A stretch of 41,182 bases of DNA from Octopus bimaculoides (GCF_001194135.2 NC_068985.1:29420479-29461660), one strand, 5' to 3'. Positions 12,501-24,186 are shown, counted from the first letter of the stretch. Numbers and translations are program-made. Notes: generated by a model not told the origin, from the letters alone.

Positions 12501-12935
12501 AACATAGAAATCATCTGTGTAGATATGTACAGACATGTGTATCAATCATCAGTCTACTGCAGGCATACAATTTACACACACAAACATACCTATATAAAAA
12601 TGAAAAATAAGAGTGAAACAAAAAGAAATAAGAAAATTAGATTTACGTATAAGAAAGGTAGAAAACAAATAATAGTAGTGAGTAAAATGTCAAATAAACA
12701 TTAGACATAATGAAGTGAGAAGATATTTATACAACATAATCTTTATCATAGACATTAAACTACTTATAGAGGGTGTTAACAAGATATGATGACATCATTG
12801 TTTCTGTACATGATAACAAGTGGAGACACACCATAATGAACAGAAGTAAAAATCAGATTTCAGTTTTCTTACAGTATTAATAGAGATTATATAAAAATGA
12901 TACACACCAGTCTATTTTTCTAAATAGAAAGGGAG

Positions 12936-12937
<2 letters not shown>

Positions 12938-13029
<92 letters not shown>

Positions 13030-13041
13030 GTATACACACAC
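12938..13041. repeat. compound (TA)n(CA)n microsatellite
   Basis: Direct reading. It abuts the SINE A copy that follows. Confidence 0.95.
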
Positions 13042-13207
13042 ACATATACGACAGGCTTCTTTCAGTTTCCATCAACCAAATCCACTCACAGGGATTTGGT
13101 TAGCCCGAGACTATAGTAGAGGGCACTTGCTCAAGGTGTCACACAGTGGGACTGAGCCCGGAACCATGTGGCTGGTAAGCAAGCTACTTACCACACAACC
13201 ACTCCTG
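13042..13207 (-). mobile_element. SINE family A, 5' half (tRNA-like head and core)
   Basis: ggcttctttcagtttcc...aaatccactcaca...caaggtgtcacacagtgggactgagcccggaaccatgtggctggtaagcaagctacttaccacac matches the corresponding half of 17430-17829. Confidence 0.9.
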
Positions 13208-13409
13208 TGATATATACTAATATAAGTAATATATTGGTGTAGGCATGGCTATGTGGTAGGAAGTTTGCTCAACATCCACCAAGTAAGTCTCCACCAAATT
13301 AATTTCCAATATATTAAATGTACTTCTGAATATACATACATAAACTCATTGTATTAACAATCTCTTTCAATTTGAATAAACTGTTCACAAATCTTTTATC
13401 TTTTATCTA

Positions 13410-13647
13410 TCGTGCTTGAGAAGACCTGTCAAGCCAAGTGAGATCATAGTCATGGCTGATGCTGGTGTTTCGTAACTGGCACATAAAAAGCACCCACTAC
13501 ACCCTCGGAGTGGTTGGTGTTAAGAAGGGCATCCAGCTGTAGAAACCATGCCAAATCAGACTGAAACCTGGTGCAGCTTACCAGTTTTCAATCAAACCAT
13601 CCAACCCATGCCAGCATGGAAAATGGATGTTAAATGATGGTGATGAT
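13410..13647 (+). mobile_element. RTE LINE 3' tail / RTE-tailed SINE
   Basis: tggcacataaaaagcacccactacac...aagggcatccagctgtagaaac...caacccatgccagcatggaaaatggatgttaaatgatggtgatga ends in an (ATG)n tail like the copy at 20043. Confidence 0.85.
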
Positions 13648-13859
13648 TGTAACAATGCTGAGATGCGACCTTGGAAAGTTTTTATCAAAGAGATCAACTC
13701 CAGTACTTATTTTTTAATTTTTGGCATTTATTTTATTGTTCTCTGTTTTTTGAACCCTTAAGTTATGAGGATGTCAAAAAAAATAAACAATAATGTCAAA
13801 TGATAAGAGAGAACAAATACATACACAAAGACACACACATATATGGATACATAGATGAC

Positions 13860-13980
13860 AGGTTACCAAATTCACTCATGAGGTATTTATTGGCCCAGAA
13901 GGCACTTGCTAAAGGTGCAACACAGTGGGACTGAAATCAAAACCACGTGGTTGCAAAACGAGTTTCTTTGACTATACAAC
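13860..13980 (-). mobile_element. degraded SINE family A 5' part
   Basis: ccaaattcactca...cacttgctaaaggtgcaacacagtgggactgaa...accacgtggttg. Confidence 0.65.
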
Positions 13981-14087
13981 AATGTTTGCATTGATACAGC
14001 CTTGCCATCGTCTATGTGGAAAAAACCCTGAGATGTACACAAGGATGGATTTGGAAGAGGGTTAACATTCAAAAGTATTAGATTATA

Positions 14088-14213
14088 CAGGGTGTCCACA
14101 AAGTCTGGGTACATGGGATTAACACATACTTTAAGAAATTATTATTTCTTATATTTAATTGTTTACGCTATGATTTTCTTTACTCCATGTACCCAGACTT
14201 TGTGGACACCCTG
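14088..14213. mobile_element. 126-bp Tc1/mariner-type MITE
   Basis: Perfect 29-bp TIRs (cagggtgtccacaaagtctgggtacatgg at 14088-14116, reverse complement at 14185-14213), flanked by TA at 14086-14087 and 14214-14215. Confidence 0.92.
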
Positions 14214-15609
14214 TAGATACTATGGATGATGGAAACTAGGTGACTATAGTCTTTGGGCGGTTGTAACAGAAGTATACAGGAGTTAAGATATAAATGAAAT
14301 TGAGAGGTAAAAATATTCTAAAAGATGTGAAATGAATCAAATAGGACAGAAGTATCACAACATAAACTGAACTAGTTCAGGAAACTTGATTAATTCATAC
14401 CAGCCCAATGAAAAGAATACAATATTATCATCTTTGGATGTTCCAAAAATAAGTCACATTATAATATTACTTCTCATTTGATTAACTTTCCATTATGAAC
14501 AAGGTTACGTTAATAATCAAAGAACAAATCAGCAAAATTAGAATAATTAGCATTGAAGTGACTATAAAGTCTTAACAAGTGTACATTACATATTCTGCCA
14601 GGGAAAATGTCAATATAACCCAGTTTTTATAATATCGATTTCTGTTAAATAAAAAATTATCATCAGCTGCTATTACCTTTAGAATTGTATGTCTGTAAAC
14701 TTGTTTTATAATAGAATTTCAGTATGTATTAATTCATACCTTTGATTCAGGATTTTGTAATATACATATAACCCAAAATGATGTGCAGCATCAGGACATC
14801 ACAAAAAAATATTTTTAATATGAATGATAACAGAAAGTTTATCTTATATGATTCATTTCTAGTTTCATTCATCATCAACTTGAGTATGAAATACGATAAG
14901 ATGCAAGAACGATTCATTTTGTTGTCATTCAGTCACATAAATAATACATCAAATGATTTTTGCATGGCATTTTTCTCAACAAAGAAGCAACCAATTTCTT
15001 AGAAAGCCAAAAACAGGACAATATTTTTGAAACAGATGTTTCTTGATAATCAGCACCAGTCCATAAATGTTACTTTTTATGTAAGCATTAAAATATTGCC
15101 ACAGTAAGGCAGCTGTTGGATAACTCAAACAAAAGGTAACGCTAAATAGATATAATTTACAAGCAAACAGGTGCCTGCAGTCTTTGGCACTGTAAAAGAA
15201 ACACTGAATTTATTGAATAACTGTCCAAAGACTATCCCTTTGTTTCTCACAGAATCAAATTTGCATAATAAGAACACAATATATTTACTTTAACATTTCC
15301 TTACTTAATCAAGAAACCATCTGTTACATCTGATTTGCTCAATTTGCAATAAGACTACCAAAATGCTGTTGGTTTAAATTTCTAGCTAATAAATGATAAT
15401 TAGTGTGAAGTAATTATCTCCAGTGTATTGTAAAAAAGAACTGAAGCAGAATTATAATGTTGGTATAAAAATATATTATGGTTAAAAATGAAGATGTAAC
15501 CTTAGCGGTTACAAATGCGACATGAAAGGACAGTTATTCTGGTAAACATGGAATATTCAGATAGGAAATGTAGATTTGTTAGACAGAAAATATTCTTCAA
15601 CATTGTGTA

Positions 15610-15690
15610 TGTCTAGTATTATGGTCCTAGGGTGACCAAAGCTTTGCAAGTAGATTTGGAAGATGGAAACTGAAAGAAGCCCATGAATAT
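15610..15690 (+). mobile_element. SINE family A core fragment
   Basis: gaccaaagctttgcaagtagatttggaagatggaaactgaaagaagccc is the reverse complement of the core in the minus-strand copies. Confidence 0.7.
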
Positions 15691-15711
15691 GTATACATGC
15701 ATGTATATGTG

Positions 15712-16290
15712 TGAAGATGCATGGCTCAGTTGTTAGAGCATCGGCCTCACAATCATGAGGTAGTGAGTTCAATTCCTGGACCAGGCTGTGTGTTGTGTTC
15801 TTGAGCAAGACACTATTTTCATTCTGATCCAGTTCATTCAGCTGTAGAAATGAGTTGTGACATCAATGGTGCCGAGCTGTATCAGCCTTTGCTTTCCCCT
15901 TGGACAACATTGGTGGTGTGGAGAGGAGAGGCTGGTATGCATGGGTAATTGCTGGTCTTCCATAAATAACCTTGCCTGGACTTGTGCCTTGGAGGGGAAC
16001 TTTCTAGGTGCAATTCTATGGTCATTCATGACTAAAGGGGGTCTTTACCCTACATATATGTGTGTGTGTGTATTTGAGTCCTTTGTCTTGACATCACATG
16101 ACAGTTGTAAAATGATTGCCACTGTCATACAAACATTGTCATTCATTTTCAATTTTCTGCAAGAACATGTCTGGCCATGCAGAATTATTACCTTGCTTGG
16201 AAATAGGTAAAGGTTGGCAACAGGAAGAGCATCCAGCTGACCCATGCAAGCATGGAAAAGTGGACACTAAATGCTGATGATGGTAATGTC
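15712..16290 (+). mobile_element. tRNA-derived SINE family C with RTE-like 3' tail
   Basis: A-box-like tggctcagttgttagagc and B-box-like gttcaattcc, then a central (TG)n. The tail gttggcaacaggaagagcatccagct...cccatgcaagcatggaaaagtggacactaaatgctgatgatg also occurs inverted at 25575-25810. Confidence 0.75.
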
Positions 16291-16671
16291 TGTTAGTTTT
16301 GACAATGATTATTCAGTTGGTCAATCAGCTGAACAACCTGTTCATTGAATTAGTGTGTAAGTGGCTGAGTATTCCACAGACATCTGTACACTTAACATAA
16401 CCCTCAGGTGGAAGCAGTGCAACACACTGTAACAATCTTTACCTTTGAATTACAAGTACAAGATACTTGCCTAAGATGTCACGCTATGGAATCAAACCTG
16501 TGACTTCTTGCAAAATGAACTTCTTAACCATATGGCTTTACAATATCCATGATTTAAACATATATATTATATATATATAAATATTTTGGTCTCTGTTATA
16601 GTTGCAATTCCCTTCAAAGGAAGTGCTTGAGGACCACTTCTTGTTTTTATTATTTAGTCAAAAGAATTAAA

Positions 16672-16885
16672 GCAGCAAGCTGGCAGAATCATTAGTGTGC
16701 TGGACAAAATGTTTAGTGGTATTTCACCTATCGCTATGTTCTGAGTTCAAATTCCAACGAGGTCAACTTTGCCTTTCATCCTTTTAGAGTTGATAAAAAT
16801 AAGTAGCAGTGAAACACTGGGATTGATGTAACTGACTCATCCCTTCCCCTAATATGGCTGCCCTTGTGGCAAAATATGAAACCAT
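16672..16885 (+). mobile_element. SINE family B copy 1 of tandem pair
   Basis: gcaagctggcagaatcattag...ttctgagttcaaattcc...gaggtcaactttgcctttcatcctttt...gataaaaataagtagcag. The central block resembles the Meta-SINE conserved domain (from memory). Confidence 0.88.
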
Positions 16886-16902
16886 TATTTAGTCAAAGGA
16901 AG

Positions 16903-17110
16903 GTGGCAAGCTCGCAGAATCATTGGCAGGCCAGGCAAAATGTTTAGTAGCATTTTGTCCATCTTTATGTTCTAAGTTCAAATTCCGCTGAGGTCAACTT
17001 TGCCTTTCATCCTTTCAGGGTCGATGAAATAAGTACCAGATATGCACTGGGGTTGATATAACTGACTAGCCCCCTCTCCCAAAATTTCAGGCCTTGTGCC
17101 TTTAGAAGAA
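16903..17110 (+). mobile_element. SINE family B copy 2 of tandem pair
   Basis: ggtggcaagctcgcagaatc...gaggtcaactttgcctttcatcctttcagggtcgatgaaataagtaccag...aaatttcaggccttgtgcc, head-to-tail with the preceding copy. Confidence 0.9.
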
Positions 17111-17429
17111 AGTAAAAGGGGATGAGCATCAGACAGAATGCTTAGCAGCATTTCTTTCAGGTCTTCCTTATGCCTTTATTAGAAAACAATTATTTAGTCG
17201 AAGAAGAGTAGGAAATCAGTAGAATAGACAGTGTGTCAGACCAAATGCCTTGTAGTATTTCATTATGACTTTTTACATTCTTAGTTCAAAACTCTTTAGA
17301 GCCTATGTTATGTTTCATTTTTCTGGAGTCAATAAAATCAATAAAATAAGCACCCGCTGAAGACCATACCATGTATGTAGACCATATGTACCTACCTACC
17401 TATCAACATACACACATATACATACATAT

Positions 17430-17829
17430 ACTCTTTACTCTTTTACTTGTTTCAGTCATTTGACTGTGGCCTTGCTGGAGCACCGCCTTTAGTCGAGCAA
17501 ATCGACCCCAGGACTTATTCTTTGTAAGCCTAGTACTTATTTTATCGGTCTCTTTTGCTGAACCGCTAAGTTACGGGGACATAAACACACCACCATCGGT
17601 TGTCAAGCAATGTTTGGGGGACAAACACAGACACACATACATATATATATATATACATATATACAACGGGCTTCTTTCAGTTTCCGTCTACCAAATCCAC
17701 TCACAAGGCTTTGGTCGATCCAAGGCTATAGTAGAAGATACGTGCCCAAGGTGCCACGCAGTAGGACTGAACCCGGAATCATGTGGTTCGTTAGCAAGCT
17801 ACTTACCACACAGCCACTCCTACGCCTAT
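17430..17829 (-). mobile_element. full-length tRNA-derived SINE family A
   Basis: Minus strand reads ataggcgtaggagtggctgtgtggtaag (A box)...ccgggttcagtcc (B box), then a core, an internal (TA)/(TG) array, and the tail gactgaaacaagtaaaagagtaaagag. It is CpG-rich, so relatively young. Confidence 0.92.
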
Positions 17830-20042
17830 ACACATAATTACATTGAAAGTTTGCTCTTTATCCACAAAAATTGTAAATAGTTTGGTTTCTTTCAATTATC
17901 TCTTATGAATGGTTTCAAGCCACCAGTTACTAAGTCATGAAAAAAAAAAGATAGAGATGGAGAGAGAGAAACATGATAACTCCAAAATATTAAACTTACT
18001 ATCAATAGCTTTTGGGGGAAAAGAACAAGAAAACCATTTTTCTCAACAAATCTGAATATTATTTTCTAAACATACCATAATATGCTCTAAATGTTCTGTA
18101 CTGCTGAAAAGTAGTGTGAAACCACTCCTAGATTGGTAAAGGAAAATGTAGCTAAAACTGTCCTCACAATCACTATCAATAATGTAATTATATTACATGT
18201 TGGTTCTAGATTATAACCTATGGCTTTTTTAAGAAAACAACATTTCATTTGACCTCTTAATTAGCAACATTGTTAAATATATGCCATATATCATATTTTC
18301 AGTTTTCTCTTTTGTGTCTTTTAGGAGCTCTAGTCACTTTTTTATTGAGAAGACTAATAGCAGAGAGGCTACAAATTAAATGTTTAGTGGGGAAAAGAAG
18401 CTGTTGAGCAATATGATTTTTCTTAAGTTACAGAAACATAAAGCCCAGCATGTCAGTATATAACATTTACCATGTGGTACCTACTGTAATTCTTAAGCCA
18501 CTGGGCTAAAATAAGACACCAGGACACTAGGAGGTAGATGAACCTATGAACGTATATCGGCACAGTCACTCAACCCTCTAGAAATAGCACTCAAACCTGC
18601 ATCAAATTACATTCTGCTGTCTTTGAAAGGGAAAGATATATTGAATAATGTAATACTAGATATACATGTCCAAATAAAAAGACATGATGGTCATACTGGA
18701 AGGCTCTTAATCATAGATCTGACTGATGTGGGCTGATTTGGGATTACAGAAAAATAACAAAAATTAAGAAGTTGATTGAAAGACAATATACTGATGTTAT
18801 TTAACAGGACAAAGCAACTAGGTACATGGAAATTGTGACACTGGCTAATAATATGTTGTTGTGATAAAAGGTAAGAGTAGTAATGGGTTGTTAAGTTGCT
18901 CTATATAGTCCAAACTAAAATTGTAAAAGAAAGTTTTAAAACAAACATAGTAACAATGGTTCTGATAAAGATTATATTCAAATATATAATTTTCCTTTCA
19001 ACATCAAACATTTGAAGTGATAAACGGAACAGGTAAAAAGTTGAAAGCATCTGATAAATAAAAGCTGATAAACAATAAGTTACACAAGAAATTTTATGAA
19101 ACGCAGTCATTTCTAAAAGACAGTGATTGGTAGATAATAATAGACGTTATCAAGTCAATTTATTACAGAAAGGAAAACATTGTCTTCATAGCAGAAACGA
19201 TTGTAATAGTGGTGTTGTAGTAAGAGGAATTAAATTTAGATGAGTCATTTTCAGAATATAAATTTGAAAAGGCTTAACTTTTTTAATACCAACTTGTGAA
19301 ACAGCTTGTACTAAAGTATTCGTATTTAAATGTACATCAAACTCTTGTTATAACATGGGAAATAAGGAATTTCAAGTCGTCAACACCAGTATAATACATC
19401 AAAATATAAAGTCATATGTATGTAACTTAACCCTTCCAGACTATTAATTATATTAAAATCACATAACAAACTGCTGATAAATATAATCATGAAGGAGCTG
19501 TGTGTGTGTGTGTGCGCGCGTGTGCGCATGCATGTACATGAGAGAGAGAGTATGCACACGCATATACACACTCTTACACATTTGAACTTAATTAGTTTGG
19601 GGAGAAGGAATGGGATCCGTATTCTTTTTTAAAAGCTTCCAAGACTATAAATTAGGCACAGCTGAGTAGGAGATTTCTTTCTGGACTTTCACATGGTTAA
19701 TAAAAATTAAGGATTGAAATTGTGATGGGAAGTGAAAGATGAAACCAAGTGTCAGGGTCTATGAAGAGGCAAAATGGAGTTAGTGACTTCAGCTGAATGC
19801 TAATAATCAAAATATTTGCTAGGGAGAGGACTTATCAAGCAGTGGAAGAAAACAGAATATAGGTTTTTGCTTGCACACTTACTAATGGATCAGTCTCATA
19901 AAGAATGACAAAGTCTTTCAGGTAGTTGGTGACTTAGTCCCCACTGAGAAACATTTTCTAAAAGAATTTTATAAAAATCAGAGACTCCATTAAAAATGAT
20001 GGAAATTGACTGCAGTGAGTAGATTAAATGTATATTCATTTA

Positions 20043-20223
20043 TGGCACGTAAAAGCACCCACTACACTCTCAGAGTGGTTGGCGTTAGGAAGGGCATCTA
20101 GCTGTAGAAACTCTGCCAAATCAGATTGGAGCCTGGTGTAGCCATCTGGTTCACCAGTCCTCAGTCAAATCGTCCAACCCATGCTAGCACGGAAAGCGGA
20201 CGTTAAACGATGATGATGATGAT
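20043..20223 (+). mobile_element. well-preserved RTE 3' tail / RTE-tailed SINE
   Basis: tggcacgtaaaagcacccactacactctc...caacccatgctagcacggaaagcggacgttaaacgatgatgatgatgat. Confidence 0.9.
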
Positions 20224-21291
20224 ATAACAATTAGTAAATGATCATGCTTTTGCTACAGGTTTCCAAATAGACCAATCAAACCCACAGATGTATGATAGCA
20301 CACATTTTCCCCATGTTATCCATGCTGGCACAACATTAAATTAGATGCAGTTGTAACCATTCGAACCATAGAGTAACTATTTTGTTTTATACTCACCAAG
20401 GATTTGTTCTTTTTCTCTCAGTTTCGGAGTTTTTTTTTTCTTTCATGTGCATCTGCTATATCCACAATGACTTATTTTCTGCTTCCCTTTTTCAATTTAT
20501 GAATCACTGCCTTGCTGTCTTTCCTAAGTCCAATGCCAACCAGGGAGGAAACAGTGAATCTAGCTACATACCTACAATATCCCACCCACATCTAAATGAA
20601 GCTCTGTACACAGTCGTCTTTGTGTCTTACATGATTCCCTAAGTCATTCATAGTTTAGTTTTGTTTTTTTTCCACGAACCTGTTCTATATTGTCTTCCTA
20701 GGTGCTAAATCAGAATATGTTATAAATCAAGTCACTGCTTCAGTATTGCAATATGGCTTAGGAACATGAGTGGTACCCAAAAGATGGGTAAATATGGCAG
20801 TGACAAGGTGTCACTAAATATGGTAGTGACAATATAATATATCCAAGAGGGCAAATAGAAGAGAGTATAGATACAAAAGAGTCAGGGAGGGTGGTTAAGA
20901 TGGCAAGAATATGGAAGGAGAGTGAGAGATGGTAACAAACATTAGAGTAGAAATGGTCAGATGTATATAGCGGATACATGCAGTGAATGAACAGGGATAG
21001 GTGCAGTAAATATGAGTGAAGGGATGATGATAAGAATAAGGATGGGTAGGAAGTACAAAAGAGGTGATATGAAATGGTGATATGGTATATAGCAATAGGT
21101 TCTGCTTTCATCACCTACAACAGCAGTAAAGTATCACAGTAAAAGAGGACAGTGACTGATGGAAGAGTGACAGGGATACGAGGGGGAGGGGAATTAAAGG
21201 GTGTGAGAAAAGCAAAAGCTGGATATAAACAAGGGTAGAGGTGACTAAAAGTAAAAATAATAGATGGATGTCAAAAGTAAGTAGCTCAGAG

Positions 21292-21467
21292 CAGTGCTAC
21301 TCAAAGTGGTGGTCCATAGACCGGTGCCGGTCTACGAGCCATCAGCTGCCAGTATGCGGAGAGTTTCCAGAAAAGAAAGCAACATTATAAAATGCTTATG
21401 CAATATTGTATTATTTGTTTACAAAATAAACACAAGATGAAAAAAATTATCAACTTTTATTATATTC

Positions 21468-21506
<39 letters not shown>

Positions 21507-21607
21507 TCCGGTATAAATTAATATTAATAAGAAATATTACCGGTCCCTGGCACAGTGGGAAAAAAAAAACTGCCAGTACGCCACATCAGATAGTTTGAGA
21601 AGCACTG
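21292..21607. mobile_element. 316-bp hAT (Charlie-like) MITE with internal (TA)n
   Basis: TIRs cagtgctactcaaa / tttgagaagcactg match at 13/14. The 8-bp flanks gctcagag (21284-21291) and gttcagag (21608-21615) match at 7/8, as expected for a hAT TSD. Confidence 0.88.
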
Positions 21608-22020
21608 GTTCAGAGGAGGGACCTAGGTAGGGGAAAATGGGAAGCAATAGTTGTAGATTTGGTAAAAATCCAGTTATGTACATACACATTATGTTTTGAG
21701 AGCCTCAATCACACTGTTGAAGTATAGCTGAGCAGGTCTTCAAAAGCACACTGTGTATTGCCAATCATCTCAATCCTTTGCAATCTCTTCTGTGAGGTTC
21801 AACATCTTGAGACTAGCTCTCATTATCTTATCCCACATCTTCCTGAGACTTCCTCTTAGATCTATTGTAAGCAATCAGCATTTCTATATACAACTATCCT
21901 CATCCATGCTCAAACCAATGCAGTGTTTGCAGTCTCTTCTCTTACACTCTAAACCAGATTCCTCTTCTGCCCAGTTTTTCTCTCAATGCACAAGCATACT
22001 GACATTGCAAATCCAGTGGA

Positions 22021-22356
22021 ACATGCTGGTATGGGTTGGACAGTTTGACCAGGGCTGGTAAGGAGAGGGGCTGCACCAGACTCCAGTCTGATTTGGCATG
22101 CTTTCTACAGCTGGACGCCCTTCCTAACGTCTATATATATGTATCATTACCATCATTATCATCACAGTGCTGGTGCCACGTAAAAAGCACCAAGTACACT
22201 CTGTAAAGTGGTTGGTGTTTGGAAAGGCACCTAACTGTAGAAACCAAGCCAAAACAGATTATGGAACCTGGTGCATACCCTGGCCTTGCCAGTTACTGCC
22301 AAGGTGTCGAACTTATGCCAGTATGGAAAACAGACGTTAAATGTTGATGATGATAG

Positions 22357-22390
<34 letters not shown>
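22021..22390. mobile_element. head-to-head inverted pair of RTE 3' tails (22021-22129 minus, 22171-22390 plus)
   Basis: The left part catgctggtatgggttgga...ctacagctggacgcccttcctaacg is the reverse complement of the family tail. The right part is the plus-orientation tail ending (ATG)n. Confidence 0.8.
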
Positions 22391-22391
<1 letters not shown>

Positions 22392-22402
22392 GATTGATTG
22401 AT

Positions 22403-22848
22403 TTGCACAACCAACTTAACTTGGATGTGTTGTTTTGAATGCCACAGGCTGTAGTCATTGTCCTGAGAAATCATCATGAATAGATGTTAAGAGCTAAAAA
22501 GCACAATTGCTAGACAAAATTTTGTTAACACTGATGGATATGATTGTGGTATCACATGATTTCAGTGTGATTTTCTCTTCATCAGCAACGGATACCTCCC
22601 CACCAAATGCTAGATCAAAAATTCATCAATATAGTTTAACACTGACAAAACAGTCTATTGCTGACGAAGTACAAATTATGCTGAAATCATGTGATACAAG
22701 TCTTGTCCACGAGTAATGACAAAATTTTGTCTACTGATATGATCTGTGCTTTTTTAGCACTTAACATTTATACAAGATGATTTGTCAGGACGATTACTGC
22801 AGCCTATGACATTCAAGACAATACATCCAAATTAAGCAGGATGTACAA
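22403..22848. mobile_element. ~445-bp fold-back element with ~190-bp diverged arms
   Basis: Left arm ttggatgtgttgttttgaatgccacaggctgtagtcattgtcctgagaaatcatc...gtatcacatgatttcag aligns with the right-arm reverse complement ttggatgtattgtcttgaatgtcataggctgcagtaatcgtcctgacaaatcatc...gtatcacatgatttcag. Confidence 0.85.
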
Positions 22849-23842
22849 TTAATATATATATATATATATATATATGGTAGTCTCATACATGTAGTGCGAT
22901 ATGGTGATTTGTAAAATATCAATCGAGATTATTCTAACAATTAGAAGACAAACACTCCCTCTCCTGGGAGTGTTCAAAATCTAAAAACAGTATGTAAGGA
23001 AGTAAACTCCAATAATATCAGCTTATCTAAATTTTTAGAAAACAAAAACAATGCTGATAGAGCTGGAACTTACTTTATGTACACACACACACACACACTT
23101 TTACTAGTTTCAGTCATTATACTATGGCCCTGCCTTTTATGTATAAATATCATTGGAAGTGCTCAAGAATAAAACTTATAAAAATTAGAAAACTTGTTTA
23201 TGTGAAACATGTGCAAATAGAAAAGAAAATCTACCATTATTTACATTGAACAACAGACAATAAACACAAAATAGTGAAGCAATTATTGAACATAGGATAA
23301 TAGGACATTATCAGATTCATATTCATTTTCATTAAAAGAAGCCATTTAAACAAATTGGGTTTTTCAGTGAAGACATATTTTTGTGAGTTTTCAAAGCTAC
23401 TTACCTTGAAATTATTTTGTGAAGATGAGCAATAACAATGATAAAACAATATCCTATTAACAATCTAAACATTGACAAATATCTGCATGCAACTTTTCTT
23501 ACCAAAATTAGGTAATTGAGATATGTAGTATGTTGTAAAAAGGAAAAAAAAAAGACAATACTGAAACATGATATGACTGATTTTGTGAAAATACACATAA
23601 GTTTGATGTTAAGGTAGCAAACTGCTACATCATTCAAAGAAATCAATTTAGTGGAACAGGTATAAACTATTTTTACTAAGTTTTTGTTTCATATGGTCTT
23701 TTCTACTTACATACACACATACTTTTCTCATTCTACTGTTGCTCCATGATAAAGGTTCTTTAACTACAATGAAGTAAATATTATTCTGAAATACATTGTC
23801 TTTATGGAGAGCAAGGTAAGAGGCAACTTGTCTCAAATCTAA

Positions 23843-24186
23843 TACTCTTTTGTTTCAGTCATTTGACTGCAGCCATGCTGGAGCACTGCCTTTACAGTCG
23901 AGCAAATCGACCCCAGAGCTTATTCTTTGTAAGCCTAGTACTTATTCTATCGGTCTCTTTTGCCGAACCACTAAGTTACGGGGATGCAAACACACCAGCA
24001 TCAGTTGTCAAGCAATGCTGGAGGGGAGGACAAACACAGACACACAAACATACACACTCACAAGGCTTTGGTCGGCCCGAGGCTATAGTAGAAGACACTT
24101 GTCCAAGGTGCCACGCAGTGGGACTGAACCCGGGACCAAGTGGTTGGTAAGCAAGCTACTTACCACACAGCCACTCCTGCACCTAT
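23843..24186 (-). mobile_element. SINE family A, near full length with internal deletion
   Basis: Colinear with 17430-17829 but lacks the (TA)n-ggcttctttcagtttccgtctaccaaatc segment. The join is at cacac/cactcaca. Confidence 0.92.

Noticed and set aside
15712-15790. tRNA gene (A and B boxes present)
   Set aside because: No complete acceptor stem or cloverleaf is evident, and it continues into a SINE body and tail.
17610-17880. ORFs at 13028, 17610/17614 and 23850/23863 with mutually similar peptides, suggesting a small gene family
   Set aside because: All are translations of SINE family A copies.
20758-21240. His/Ser/Leu-rich minus-strand ORFs in a purine-skewed tract (similar ones at 26166, 35301, 36162, 37529)
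   Set aside because: Strand-skewed low-complexity or decayed LINE sequence that lacks stops by composition. No coherent splice sites or domains.
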